A stretch of DNA of 48,865 bases from a virus (lineage: Duplodnaviria > Caudoviricetes), in IMG/VR virus record IMGVR_UViG_3300048074_000018, positions 1-48,865 of that record; one strand, written 5' to 3'. Made by a program: the position numbers and the translations under genes. Positions 1-7,126 of the stretch are shown here, piece by piece (position 1 is the first letter of the stretch; every line of letters starts with the position of its first letter). The notes under the pieces were generated by a model. That model saw only the letters and a program-made list of their open reading frames with translations. It searched no databases and had not been told where the DNA came from.

Positions 1-120
1 CTCACAGATTTCCCAATATTCTCCAATGTCAACGGCGTGATTCGGATTCGACATGACGAATAGCTGTGCCGCAATGTCTTCGTTCGAAGGATCGTGCGGG
101 CTGATGGTCGGGTCAGTCAT
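1..120 (-). CDS. N-terminal part of hypothetical protein (MTDPTISPHDPSNEDIAAQ...), paralog of 46289-46747; continues across the contig join into 48865-48630
   Basis: 119/120 nt identical to 46628-46747; ATG at 120. Confidence 0.8.
   Translation of the reverse strand, partial: MTDPTISPHDPSNEDIAAQLFVMSNPNHAVDIGEYWEICE
1..120 (+). repeat. Direct repeat copy of 46628-46747
   Basis: Identical except position 115 (a) vs 46742 (g), a synonymous Thr codon change. Confidence 0.95.
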
Positions 121-165
121 GGCTTTTCTCACATTAAGAGCCGCACCATGTCCATTAAACTCATA

Positions 166-210
166 ATTTACAAATCACTTATTGTTTCAGCCTGTAACAA
201 TTCTTGATTA
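166..210. promoter_or_regulatory. 45-bp operator-like element, copy of 3603-3647
   Basis: atttacaaatcacttattgtttcagcctgtaacaattcttgatta aligns ungapped to 3603-3647 at 37/45 positions. Confidence 0.6.
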
Positions 211-362
211 CCATCCATAAGAAAGATTTCATGTAGTTTGCGCCGCAATTCCGTCTCATAGGCGGAAGGCCAGCCGTCGCAACTGTTGAATGCCATCCCT
301 ATTTTTTCATCTATTCTAATGTCAATCCATTCGATTAACGCCTGCAATTGTTTTTCGGTCAT
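168..362 (-). CDS. Hypothetical protein, 64 aa (MTEKQLQALIEW...)
   Basis: ATGA overlap with the HNH stop at 359-362; the longer 533 start in the ORF track overlaps HNH and is unlikely. Confidence 0.65.
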   Translation of the reverse strand: MTEKQLQALIEWIDIRIDEKIGMAFNSCDGWPSAYETELRRKLHEIFLMDGNQELLQAETISDL

Positions 363-724
363 CGCGGCACCACCTCCCCATTGAGCTTCTTGCGCCATGG
401 CGAGTCCTTGCTGCCAGGAAAGCGGCTGGGCTTTTTCAACCCGTAGTGCTTCGCCTTCATGCGGTAGGTCTTGCTCTTGATCGCAACGTCCTGCGCTGTT
501 TTCGTCTTGTGGCAGCCCTTGCAGATCGGCCACAGGTTTGACTCGCGATGTTCGCCACCGTTAGACAGGGCAATCGCATGGTCGCAGTCCCACTTGTCTC
601 CGGGATACAGCTTGCGCATGCAATGCTGGCATCCGCCGTGGTATCGTTCGAACACACGCACTCGCACGCGCGGCGGAATGGCAGCGTCGGGATGTGCGCC
701 TATCCATTCGGGGACGGTTCTCAT
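359..724 (-). CDS. HNH endonuclease
   Basis: CQHC...DCDHAIALSNGGEHRESNLWPICKGCHKTKT: HNH with two CxxC pairs. Confidence 0.9.
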   Translation of the reverse strand: MRTVPEWIGAHPDAAIPPRVRVRVFERYHGGCQHCMRKLYPGDKWDCDHAIALSNGGEHRESNLWPICKGCHKTKTAQDVAIKSKTYRMKAKHYGLKKPSRFPGSKDSPWRKKLNGEVVPR

Positions 725-1158
725 GCGGCCAGCCCGATCATTATCTCGACTTCACGCTTTAGGTCTGCCGATGAAACACCCGGCAGGAAATGCTTGGCGA
801 TCAAATCGCAAACACGATCATAGAAATCACTGAACGCGGCCTGATCCATCTTATGGAAGGCAATCGATCCTGGGATAAATCCGATCTCTCCATTCGGTAG
901 TTCAATGCGCGTGCGATGCCCTGCCGCGATCTTGATGGCGGCCACCAAATCATCGACTGTAGGATAGCGAACGGTATCCTGGTTTTCCCAAACAAGTGAC
1001 ATGAGCGCCCAAAACATCCGGTGATGCTTTATGTTGCGCGAGCGTTTCATTTCGATCATCACGACTTCACCTTGGCCTAGCTTGCGTATGGCATCCTCCC
1101 CGGCCTGATCTGTTGGCCGGAGAGAACTGAAATGCTTGCTGGCAAGGAAGCGGGCCAT
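721..1158 (-). CDS. DUF1367 / NinB-like recombination-associated protein
   Basis: RNIKHHRMFWAL...AGH...PGSIAFHKMDQAAFSDFY motifs; position in recombination operon. Confidence 0.75.
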   Translation of the reverse strand: MARFLASKHFSSLRPTDQAGEDAIRKLGQGEVVMIEMKRSRNIKHHRMFWALMSLVWENQDTVRYPTVDDLVAAIKIAAGHRTRIELPNGEIGFIPGSIAFHKMDQAAFSDFYDRVCDLIAKHFLPGVSSADLKREVEIMIGLAA

Positions 1159-1161
1159 GGT

Positions 1162-1407
1162 CTAAAACGGAATCTCGTCGTCCATGTCGATCTTGGTATT
1201 CACGCTGCCAGGAACACGCTCTTGCTGTGGCTGGCGGGCGGCGTCATCGCGCGGCGCATCGAATGACAGCCCAAGGAACGGCTTGCCGTCCTTATTGCTG
1301 TTTCGGTTCCACGCGACGATATTTGTTCGCTTCCCGTCAATCTCAATAAAGCCCTTGTAGACGGGGCCTTTTTGATTCGGGAACAGGCAACCCTTAACTT
1401 CGGTCAT
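1162..1407 (-). CDS. Small ssDNA-binding-like protein with acidic DDEIPF tail
   Basis: PVYKGFIEIDG...IVAW...KPFLGLSF beta-rich core; C-terminus MDDEIPF resembles the bacterial SSB tail. Confidence 0.65.
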   Translation of the reverse strand: MTEVKGCLFPNQKGPVYKGFIEIDGKRTNIVAWNRNSNKDGKPFLGLSFDAPRDDAARQPQQERVPGSVNTKIDMDDEIPF

Positions 1408-2009
1408 GCTGCTTTTTCCTCTCCGGCCTTCAGCACCTTAAATGTAAATTGGTAAGCTTTCTTGACGGCATCAAACTCGTTGGGAAGCAGTTCTACAATC
1501 GCGCTGTCCATGCGGACGCGCCAGGCCTTCAGTTCCTCAATGTCCGAATAAGTTTCGAGGTCTGCCAGCATGTCGGCGGCGGCGGTTGACAGGCCAGCAT
1601 CAGGCGCTTGTTTGGCGGGCTGTGCGGGCGGCTTTTCGTCGATCTCATCCTCTGAAAATACGAGGCCATGCAGGCCAATGATTTTCAGAACCACGCGGTC
1701 CTTAGCCCTCTTTTCGGCCATGGCGTAGGGATACGCATTTTTATTGTTATGTGGTGCCGCTTCCCCGATTGACCACTCCACTCTATCGTCACCCTGGCGG
1801 CCCGTGACGCAAAGCGCGACGCTCTTGGCTGTTCCGTTGGCCTCAAGAACGATGGGAGGATCGAATGTAATGCCAGCATCGGCCGCGACCTTCTCGATAT
1901 AACGATGGTACATGCACCAGACGCCATGGCAGTCCCATAGCGCGTCCTTGGTGAGGCCGTAGCCCTTGAGAATCGTCTCGACTGTCGGATCAATTTTGCG
2001 TGCCATCAC
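1404..2009 (-). CDS. Probable single-strand annealing recombinase (Rad52/Erf/Redbeta-like fold)
   Basis: WSIGEA...PYAMAEKRAKDRVVLK...FSEDE motif; lies between Gp157 and SSB-like genes. Confidence 0.6.
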   Translation of the reverse strand: MMARKIDPTVETILKGYGLTKDALWDCHGVWCMYHRYIEKVAADAGITFDPPIVLEANGTAKSVALCVTGRQGDDRVEWSIGEAAPHNNKNAYPYAMAEKRAKDRVVLKIIGLHGLVFSEDEIDEKPPAQPAKQAPDAGLSTAAADMLADLETYSDIEELKAWRVRMDSAIVELLPNEFDAVKKAYQFTFKVLKAGEEKAA

Positions 2010-2224
2010 GCCGCCTCCGCATGTTCTTTGGTTTTCTCAACCAGCAGATCGCGGATTTCGTCCGCTACCCTGCGGCAGATTTCCTCGGTCATCCGCAGTT
2101 CATGCGCCGCCCAGCAATCCGGGTGGACGTATTCAAGGCGGAGCTTGTGTATGGTTCCGAACAACTGGCGCAAGGCTGTGTGTTCTAGCTCTTGTGCTAC
2201 TGAGAGCATGTGTGATGTGCTCAT
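2006..2224 (-). CDS. Hypothetical protein (MSTSHML...)
   Basis: GGAGG RBS and ATGA coupling at 2221-2224; ends EAA overlapping the next start. Confidence 0.6.
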   Translation of the reverse strand: MSTSHMLSVAQELEHTALRQLFGTIHKLRLEYVHPDCWAAHELRMTEEICRRVADEIRDLLVEKTKEHAEAA

Positions 2225-2313
2225 GGCGTGATACCTCCGAAATAATAGGCCCACACGCAAACTGCGATGCAGAAACAGGCCAGTGACAGGCCCTCTAGTG
2301 CGTCCATGAGCAT
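2221..2313 (-). CDS. 30-aa hydrophobic peptide MLMDALEGLSLACFCIAVCVWAYYFGGITP
   Basis: TAATG overlap with the Gp157 stop and ATGA overlap with the next gene; single TM-like stretch; below ORF-track cutoff. Confidence 0.55.
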   Translation of the reverse strand: MLMDALEGLSLACFCIAVCVWAYYFGGITP

Positions 2314-2807
2314 TACTTAACCCTCACAGTCAGGCCATCGTCACCACAAATCAGAGCGGCCCAATTGAATGTTTGCCCAGATAACAATGCTTCCTTAATC
2401 TTTTCCTTGTCAGGCTCACGCTTGAAGCGACACATATTGTCCGGTACCGACGCCTCGTCATTAATGGCGAGTCGCGTGCTGCCGCTACGGATGGACAGGG
2501 TGGCCGCAGGAAGCTCGCGCTTGCGCACGTTAGCGGTCTGCATGACCCTTAGCATCAGGTCGCGGGCTACCTTACTGCGCTGTTCATAGCGGCATTGACG
2601 GGCCTTAAGGTCGGCGATCTGTGTGGCAATCGCGCCAGCCATCGCGGCGGCATCGCGCTCTTGGGCGATCAGTTGATTTAACAGATCGTCAAGGCCGGTC
2701 TCGCTGTCGAGAACAAGTTCCCAATCCTCGCAGTCGGCGAATAAATCGGGGTATGAGTGCCGCAGCGATTCAATATGCGCGCGGATATGGTTCGGATCAA
2801 GCCGCAT
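2313..2807 (-). CDS. Siphovirus Gp157 family protein
   Basis: Coiled-coil N-terminus then ATLSIR...INDEASVP...EPDKEKIKEAL..G...GLTVR. Confidence 0.85.
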   Translation of the reverse strand: MRLDPNHIRAHIESLRHSYPDLFADCEDWELVLDSETGLDDLLNQLIAQERDAAAMAGAIATQIADLKARQCRYEQRSKVARDLMLRVMQTANVRKRELPAATLSIRSGSTRLAINDEASVPDNMCRFKREPDKEKIKEALLSGQTFNWAALICGDDGLTVRVK

Positions 2808-3072
2808 GGTGCTTCTCCGCCAGGCGGTCCATAAAATGGTCGTCGTTTACAAGCAGACTGTGCAACCAAGCGGGCGCGGGTTCCTCAGTCTTCTCCGTGA
2901 TAATCTTAATATCTCGAATGTCGTATTCGTCCGGCTCTGGCGGGTATCCTGGATCACCGTTTCGCAGGTAAAAACATCCGGGTTTGCCACGTACGAAATC
3001 GTATTCGACGGACAACTCAACGTCGTTATCTTCGACGGTGATCCATAGGCGCGTATCATGCCTGCTCATCAT
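2797..3072 (-). CDS. Hypothetical protein
   Basis: Coupled ORF in leftward operon; GDPGYPPEPDEYDI motif. Confidence 0.7.
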   Translation of the reverse strand: MMSRHDTRLWITVEDNDVELSVEYDFVRGKPGCFYLRNGDPGYPPEPDEYDIRDIKIITEKTEEPAPAWLHSLLVNDDHFMDRLAEKHHAA

Positions 3073-3302
3073 GCCACCCGTTCGCCTTGGTGGTCGGCCA
3101 TTTCAAGTCGAACCGCTTCCTTGTATTCAGCGTCCAGTAGTGCGTTCGTAACTGCCGCCCAGCCACGATGTAGTTCCCGCAAGGCCAACTCACGCTCCAC
3201 ATCGGACAGCACACCAAACGCCAGCATGTGAGCGTTGCCGACGATATCGACCATGTTGCAGGCAAGCTGTGTGTTGAGCTTGCGGAAGGCTTCGCGGCTC
3301 AT
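3069..3302 (-). CDS. Hypothetical protein
   Basis: ATGA-coupled to neighbours; GGAG RBS. Confidence 0.6.
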   Translation of the reverse strand: MSREAFRKLNTQLACNMVDIVGNAHMLAFGVLSDVERELALRELHRGWAAVTNALLDAEYKEAVRLEMADHQGERVA

Positions 3303-3493
3303 GACTTATCTCCGAAGGCCAGCGGCTCAATTCTCAGGTATTCTTCGGTGGACGCCTCACGTTGGTGGGACCGTCCGTGGTCAGCCCATTTCTTGACGAT
3401 GCGACCATCCGGGTGACAGCGGTACCAAACGCGCCCGTAGTCCACGCAGACGCCGCCATCTTCTAGCTTTCGGATGACCGGATATTTGCTCAT
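3299..3493 (-). CDS. Hypothetical protein, first gene of leftward early operon
   Basis: GAGGA RBS; ATGA coupling downstream. Confidence 0.6.
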   Translation of the reverse strand: MSKYPVIRKLEDGGVCVDYGRVWYRCHPDGRIVKKWADHGRSHQREASTEEYLRIEPLAFGDKS

Positions 3494-3602
3494 GTTTCCA
3501 TCCTCGGATTGTCAGGCTGCGGCTTGTTGAATTCGATTGGCATCTACGTTCCCCTCCTCGGCGCGGTAACTTGATAACCGCACCCTACGCATTAAAGTCG
3601 AG

Positions 3603-3653
3603 ATTTACAAATCACATAATATTACAGATTGTAATAATTCGTGATTATGTAAA
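3603..3653. promoter_or_regulatory. Nested imperfect palindrome / operator in divergent early control region
   Basis: tttaca 3604-09 / tgtaaa 3648-53; aatcac 3610-15 / gtgatt 3641-46; attaca 3621-26 / tgtaat 3630-35; AT-rich, between divergent operons. Confidence 0.7.
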
Positions 3654-3681
3654 ACGACGCATTTATGGTAACCGTGCCCTT

Positions 3682-3930
3682 ATGACTGGAAAACAACGTC
3701 TTTTAGAAGCAATCGGCGGCCCGATTCGCGGCCGATCTGCACGCTTAGCCGATCTACTTAAAATCTCACGGGCTGCCGTATCGTCATGGAAACATATTCC
3801 GATCAAACGTCTGATCGAGATTGAACAGTTATTCGGGGTGCCACGCGAACAGCTACGCCCCGACCTGTTTGACCGTAATTATACACCCACCCCGCCGGCA
3901 TCCGACTCCTCCCCCCACGTCGGCGGGTAA
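3682..3930 (+). CDS. Cro-like (YdaS-family) HTH transcriptional regulator
   Basis: ARLADLLKISRAAVSSWKHIP...GVPREQLRPDLF; first gene of rightward operon; ATG at 3682. Confidence 0.85.
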   Translation: MTGKQRLLEAIGGPIRGRSARLADLLKISRAAVSSWKHIPIKRLIEIEQLFGVPREQLRPDLFDRNYTPTPPASDSSPHVGG

Positions 3931-3932
3931 CT

Positions 3933-3972
3933 GTAGGGGCTCCTGCATTCTCTGTAGGAGCCCCTACTTTTT
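3933..3972 (+). terminator. Intrinsic terminator after cro (tR1-like position)
   Basis: gtaggggctcctgca-ttctc-tgtaggagcccctac 15-bp stem followed by TTTTT. Confidence 0.85.
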
Positions 3973-4039
3973 GGGGAGCTAAATAAACCATCCCATATTG
4001 GGTACTAACATGCCCAAAATGGGTTGAAAGGGGGCATAT

Positions 4040-4705
4040 ATGGCGGTATTGCAAGATGTTATAGATGAAATCTACGCCGCGAGAGGGAAGCGTAGCGCGG
4101 CTGACCTGGCCCAAGAATACGGTATGACCCGCAATACGATAGCCGGGATATGGCACCGTGAGCGCGTCAAACGGGGTGGCAGGTTAATTATAGATATGAG
4201 TGATAGGGTGGTACAGGCGCACAGCAAACACCCTGACGCGATGCTCGATGCTATCTACGCCGCGCGCGGCGAAAAAAGCGCCAGACAGTTATCCGCCGAA
4301 TATGGAATAAGCCGCAACGCCGTCATTTCGATCTGGCGTCGCGAACGGGTGCGTCGCCAGGGTGACGTATTGAGGCCCCGACGTATTAAGCTAACACCCG
4401 GACAGCGGATTGAACGGGATCGAGAATCGAAGCGCCGAAGCGCTCTTCGTAAACGTTTCTCGCATCCCCCTACATCCCGGCCAAGATTGGTGTGGCGAAA
4501 CCCCCGCCCACCGCTCGTTTGTGTACCCGTAACACCCATAAACGCCGGACAGGGCGTCCCTTACATCGAATTAAACGCCGGCATGTGTTATTGGCCGCTG
4601 GGCGCTTTACAAGAAAAACCGACTGTATGGTGTGGCGATACCGCAATGCCGCATAACGCCTATTGTGCAGGGCATTATTTTGTATCCCGGCGGTCATCGA
4701 CATGA
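4040..4705 (+). CDS. gcrA: GcrA-like cell-cycle regulator with two tandem N-terminal HTH units
   Basis: SAADLAQEYGMTRNTIAGIWHR and SARQLSAEYGISRNAVISIWRR; C-terminal ELNAGMCYWPLG...WCG...YCAGH GcrA motif. Confidence 0.8.
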   Translation: MAVLQDVIDEIYAARGKRSAADLAQEYGMTRNTIAGIWHRERVKRGGRLIIDMSDRVVQAHSKHPDAMLDAIYAARGEKSARQLSAEYGISRNAVISIWRRERVRRQGDVLRPRRIKLTPGQRIERDRESKRRSALRKRFSHPPTSRPRLVWRNPRPPLVCVPVTPINAGQGVPYIELNAGMCYWPLGALQEKPTVWCGDTAMPHNAYCAGHYFVSRRSST

Positions 4706-5184
4706 GATTTTCCGAGGAACTGACTACTAATTACCGGGAGGTTCGTCGCCGATTGCGGGCCGTCCCAGCCCTGCCCGCGCGCGTCGTAGAAGTAGCACCG
4801 GAGGCTATTGAAATCCTACCAGCCATTGAATATCCGACCGTCCCAGCGGCCCCGGTCGCCCGTGATTGGTTGCGCGTGGATGCGCCTCCTCTTTTGCGTA
4901 AAATTTTGCACGATGTTGCAAAAAAACATGGAATAACAGTTGGGGAAATGTGCGGCCCCGATCGATTCAAACGCCCCGTGGCGGCTCGAAAAGAATATTG
5001 TTACCGTGCAATGCGAGAAACCGACAAATCAGGGGAGCAGATCGCCAGAATGATACGCCGGGATAGGACAACCGTGTTATGGTCGGTACAGTCTTATTGT
5101 AAGGTCAATAATAAACCTCTCCCGCGCGGGATGGGGGTTTCGTGTCGGATGAAATTAATGCGGTATAAGGGCGGGTACGGGTGA
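4702..5184 (+). CDS. Protein with DnaA C-terminal-type HTH domain
   Basis: ILHDVAKKHGITVGEMCGPDR...VAARKEYCY...KSGEQIARMIRRDRTTVLWSV; ATGA overlap with gcrA stop. Confidence 0.8.
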   Translation: MRFSEELTTNYREVRRRLRAVPALPARVVEVAPEAIEILPAIEYPTVPAAPVARDWLRVDAPPLLRKILHDVAKKHGITVGEMCGPDRFKRPVAARKEYCYRAMRETDKSGEQIARMIRRDRTTVLWSVQSYCKVNNKPLPRGMGVSCRMKLMRYKGGYG

Positions 5185-5534
5185 CTGTTATTAACCTCCC
5201 GATGCCGCCATCAGTTAACGGTCTGTTTTTCAACAGGATTGGCGGGCGGAGCATCACCAAACGCTATGCGGATTGGCGTAAAGAGGCGGGGATTGCGTTG
5301 ATCAACCAACGTCCTGAGCGGGTTTCAGGTCGGGTCAGTATCACGATGGCGGTACAAGAGCCAAAGCGTACCAGCGATCTTGATAATCGCATTAAGCCCG
5401 TTCTCGATCTATTAGTTGAGCACCGAGTTATAGATAACGACGATAACAGGTTTGTAAGATGCCTGCATGTACTATGGGATAAGTCAACCGACGGCGTTCG
5501 TGTTCAGATCGAACCACACATGGGTGATATATGA
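5181..5534 (+). CDS. rusA: RusA-family Holliday junction resolvase
   Basis: LPMPPSVN...DLDNRIKPVLDLL...IDNDD. Confidence 0.9.
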   Translation: MTVINLPMPPSVNGLFFNRIGGRSITKRYADWRKEAGIALINQRPERVSGRVSITMAVQEPKRTSDLDNRIKPVLDLLVEHRVIDNDDNRFVRCLHVLWDKSTDGVRVQIEPHMGDI

Positions 5535-5620
5535 TCATTACATGGCTAATCGTCATGACTGCATTAGCCGCTTTTACGTGCGGCGCGGCATTACTGATGA
5601 TTTTCTCGGGGGACGTATGA
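5531..5620 (+). CDS. 29-aa membrane peptide MIITWLIVMTALAAFTCGAALLMIFSGDV
   Basis: ATGA overlaps at both ends (rusA stop, MTase start); entirely hydrophobic. Confidence 0.6.
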   Translation: MIITWLIVMTALAAFTCGAALLMIFSGDV

Positions 5621-6198
5621 CGGCCCTTACGGGAAACACGAAAGCCGCCTTATCTGAGCGGAAGAATGACCTTTATGAGTCGCCTCCGGAGGCCGTGCGG
5701 GCGTTGCTGGCTCATGAAAGTCTCCCGCATGTGGTGTGGGAGCCCGCCTGCGGCCCCGGCTCCATTGTGCGCGTATTGCGCGCCGCTGGACATCAGGTGA
5801 TAGCGACCGATCTAGTTGATTATGGTTGTGAGGACTCCGAAGCGCGTAGGGATTTTTTGTTTGAACGATCTGCCCCGGATGGGTGCGAGTGCATCGTAAC
5901 AAATCCGCCATTCAAGAATGCCCAAGAGTTTGTGGAGCACGCGCTTAATCTAGTCCCCAAAGTGGTGATGTTGTTGCGGCTGGCGTTCCTCGAAAGCGAG
6001 CGCCGCCGAATCATCTTGGATCGTGGCGATTTGGCCCGCGTCTACGTGTTTCGCAATCGCCTCCCGATGATGCACCGCGATGGGTGGACGGGAAACAAAG
6101 TCAGCAATCCGACCCCGTTCGCTTGGTTTGTATGGGATCGAAATCAGGCATACGGCCAGCCAACTGAGCTGCGGCGCATTTCGTGGGAGGCGGCATGA
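5617..6198 (+). CDS. Orphan DNA N6-adenine methyltransferase
   Basis: DLYESP, VWEPACGPG (motif I), IVTNPPF (motif IV); start revised to MTALTG. Confidence 0.85.
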   Translation: MTALTGNTKAALSERKNDLYESPPEAVRALLAHESLPHVVWEPACGPGSIVRVLRAAGHQVIATDLVDYGCEDSEARRDFLFERSAPDGCECIVTNPPFKNAQEFVEHALNLVPKVVMLLRLAFLESERRRIILDRGDLARVYVFRNRLPMMHRDGWTGNKVSNPTPFAWFVWDRNQAYGQPTELRRISWEAA

Positions 6199-6926
6199 GC
6201 CGAGTCGAGAAATTAGCGAAAGGCGTTGAACTGCATTTAGGCGATTGTCGGGAAATATTGCCGACGCTGCCGAGGGTCGATGCTGTGGTAACTGACCCGC
6301 CGTACGGCGTAGGGTTTACTGGCAAAAAGACTAAGCACACTAACAACAGTGGAGGGTGTTCTTATTTAGACACTGAAGAAAACTTTAGAACTGTGATACT
6401 GCCTGCGATTTCTTCCGCACTTGGGGTTGCTGATCGAGCCGCTATCTTCACGGGTATTAGGCGTCTTAATGAATACCCGCCCCCTAAAGATATAGGCGGT
6501 ATTACATGCCCTAACGGGGGGGGCAGGTCATCGTGGGGATTTGGTTGCTACCACCCGATCGCATTCTATGGTTCATCTCCATATATCGCTGCTGGTCTTG
6601 GTGCGCGTCCGACCGCAACCGTGATGTACCATCCGGGAATGCATGTTACATGCGAAAATGACAACGAACATCCTTGCCCTAAGCCTATCGCGTTCATGGA
6701 GTGGGCAGTAAATATAGCAACACTGACCAATCAAACCATCCTCGACCCCTTCATGGGCTCTGGCACCACAGGCGTTGCCGCCGTCAAGCTCGGGCGTCGA
6801 TTTATAGGTATTGAAATTGAGGAACGCTATTTTGACATAGCTGTCCGCCGCATACAGGCGGCCCTAGACGCGCCAGACCTGTTCGTGGAGTCGCCAGGGC
6901 CGGCCCGACAAGAGGCGCTCCTATGA
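6195..6926 (+). CDS. Orphan beta-class N4/N6 DNA methyltransferase
   Basis: VTDPPY precedes HPCPKP and LDPFMGSGTTG; ATGA-coupled. Confidence 0.9.
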   Translation: MSRVEKLAKGVELHLGDCREILPTLPRVDAVVTDPPYGVGFTGKKTKHTNNSGGCSYLDTEENFRTVILPAISSALGVADRAAIFTGIRRLNEYPPPKDIGGITCPNGGGRSSWGFGCYHPIAFYGSSPYIAAGLGARPTATVMYHPGMHVTCENDNEHPCPKPIAFMEWAVNIATLTNQTILDPFMGSGTTGVAAVKLGRRFIGIEIEERYFDIAVRRIQAALDAPDLFVESPGPARQEALL

Positions 6927-7126
6927 GGCTTATAAGCGAACAGACCTACGCCTACGCCCCCTTCGTCCACATTGAAGAATGGGTGCGTCTGGGCTGGATC
7001 ATCGGCAAGCCGGCTTCTGTCCATTCAGCATTTGCATATTGGCTGTGCGACTGCCCGCCGCCGATACCGTTCAGGACTGGCGAGGGCTCGCGCGCTGTCG
7101 CTGAGATATTGCACGGGGGTAAATAA
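6923..7126 (+). CDS. Hypothetical protein
   Basis: ATGA-coupled small ORF. Confidence 0.55.
   Translation: MRLISEQTYAYAPFVHIEEWVRLGWIIGKPASVHSAFAYWLCDCPPPIPFRTGEGSRAVAEILHGGK

Noticed and set aside
5617-6926. Restriction-modification system
   Set aside because: No adjacent restriction endonuclease; the neighbouring nuclease is RusA and the HNH lies in another operon
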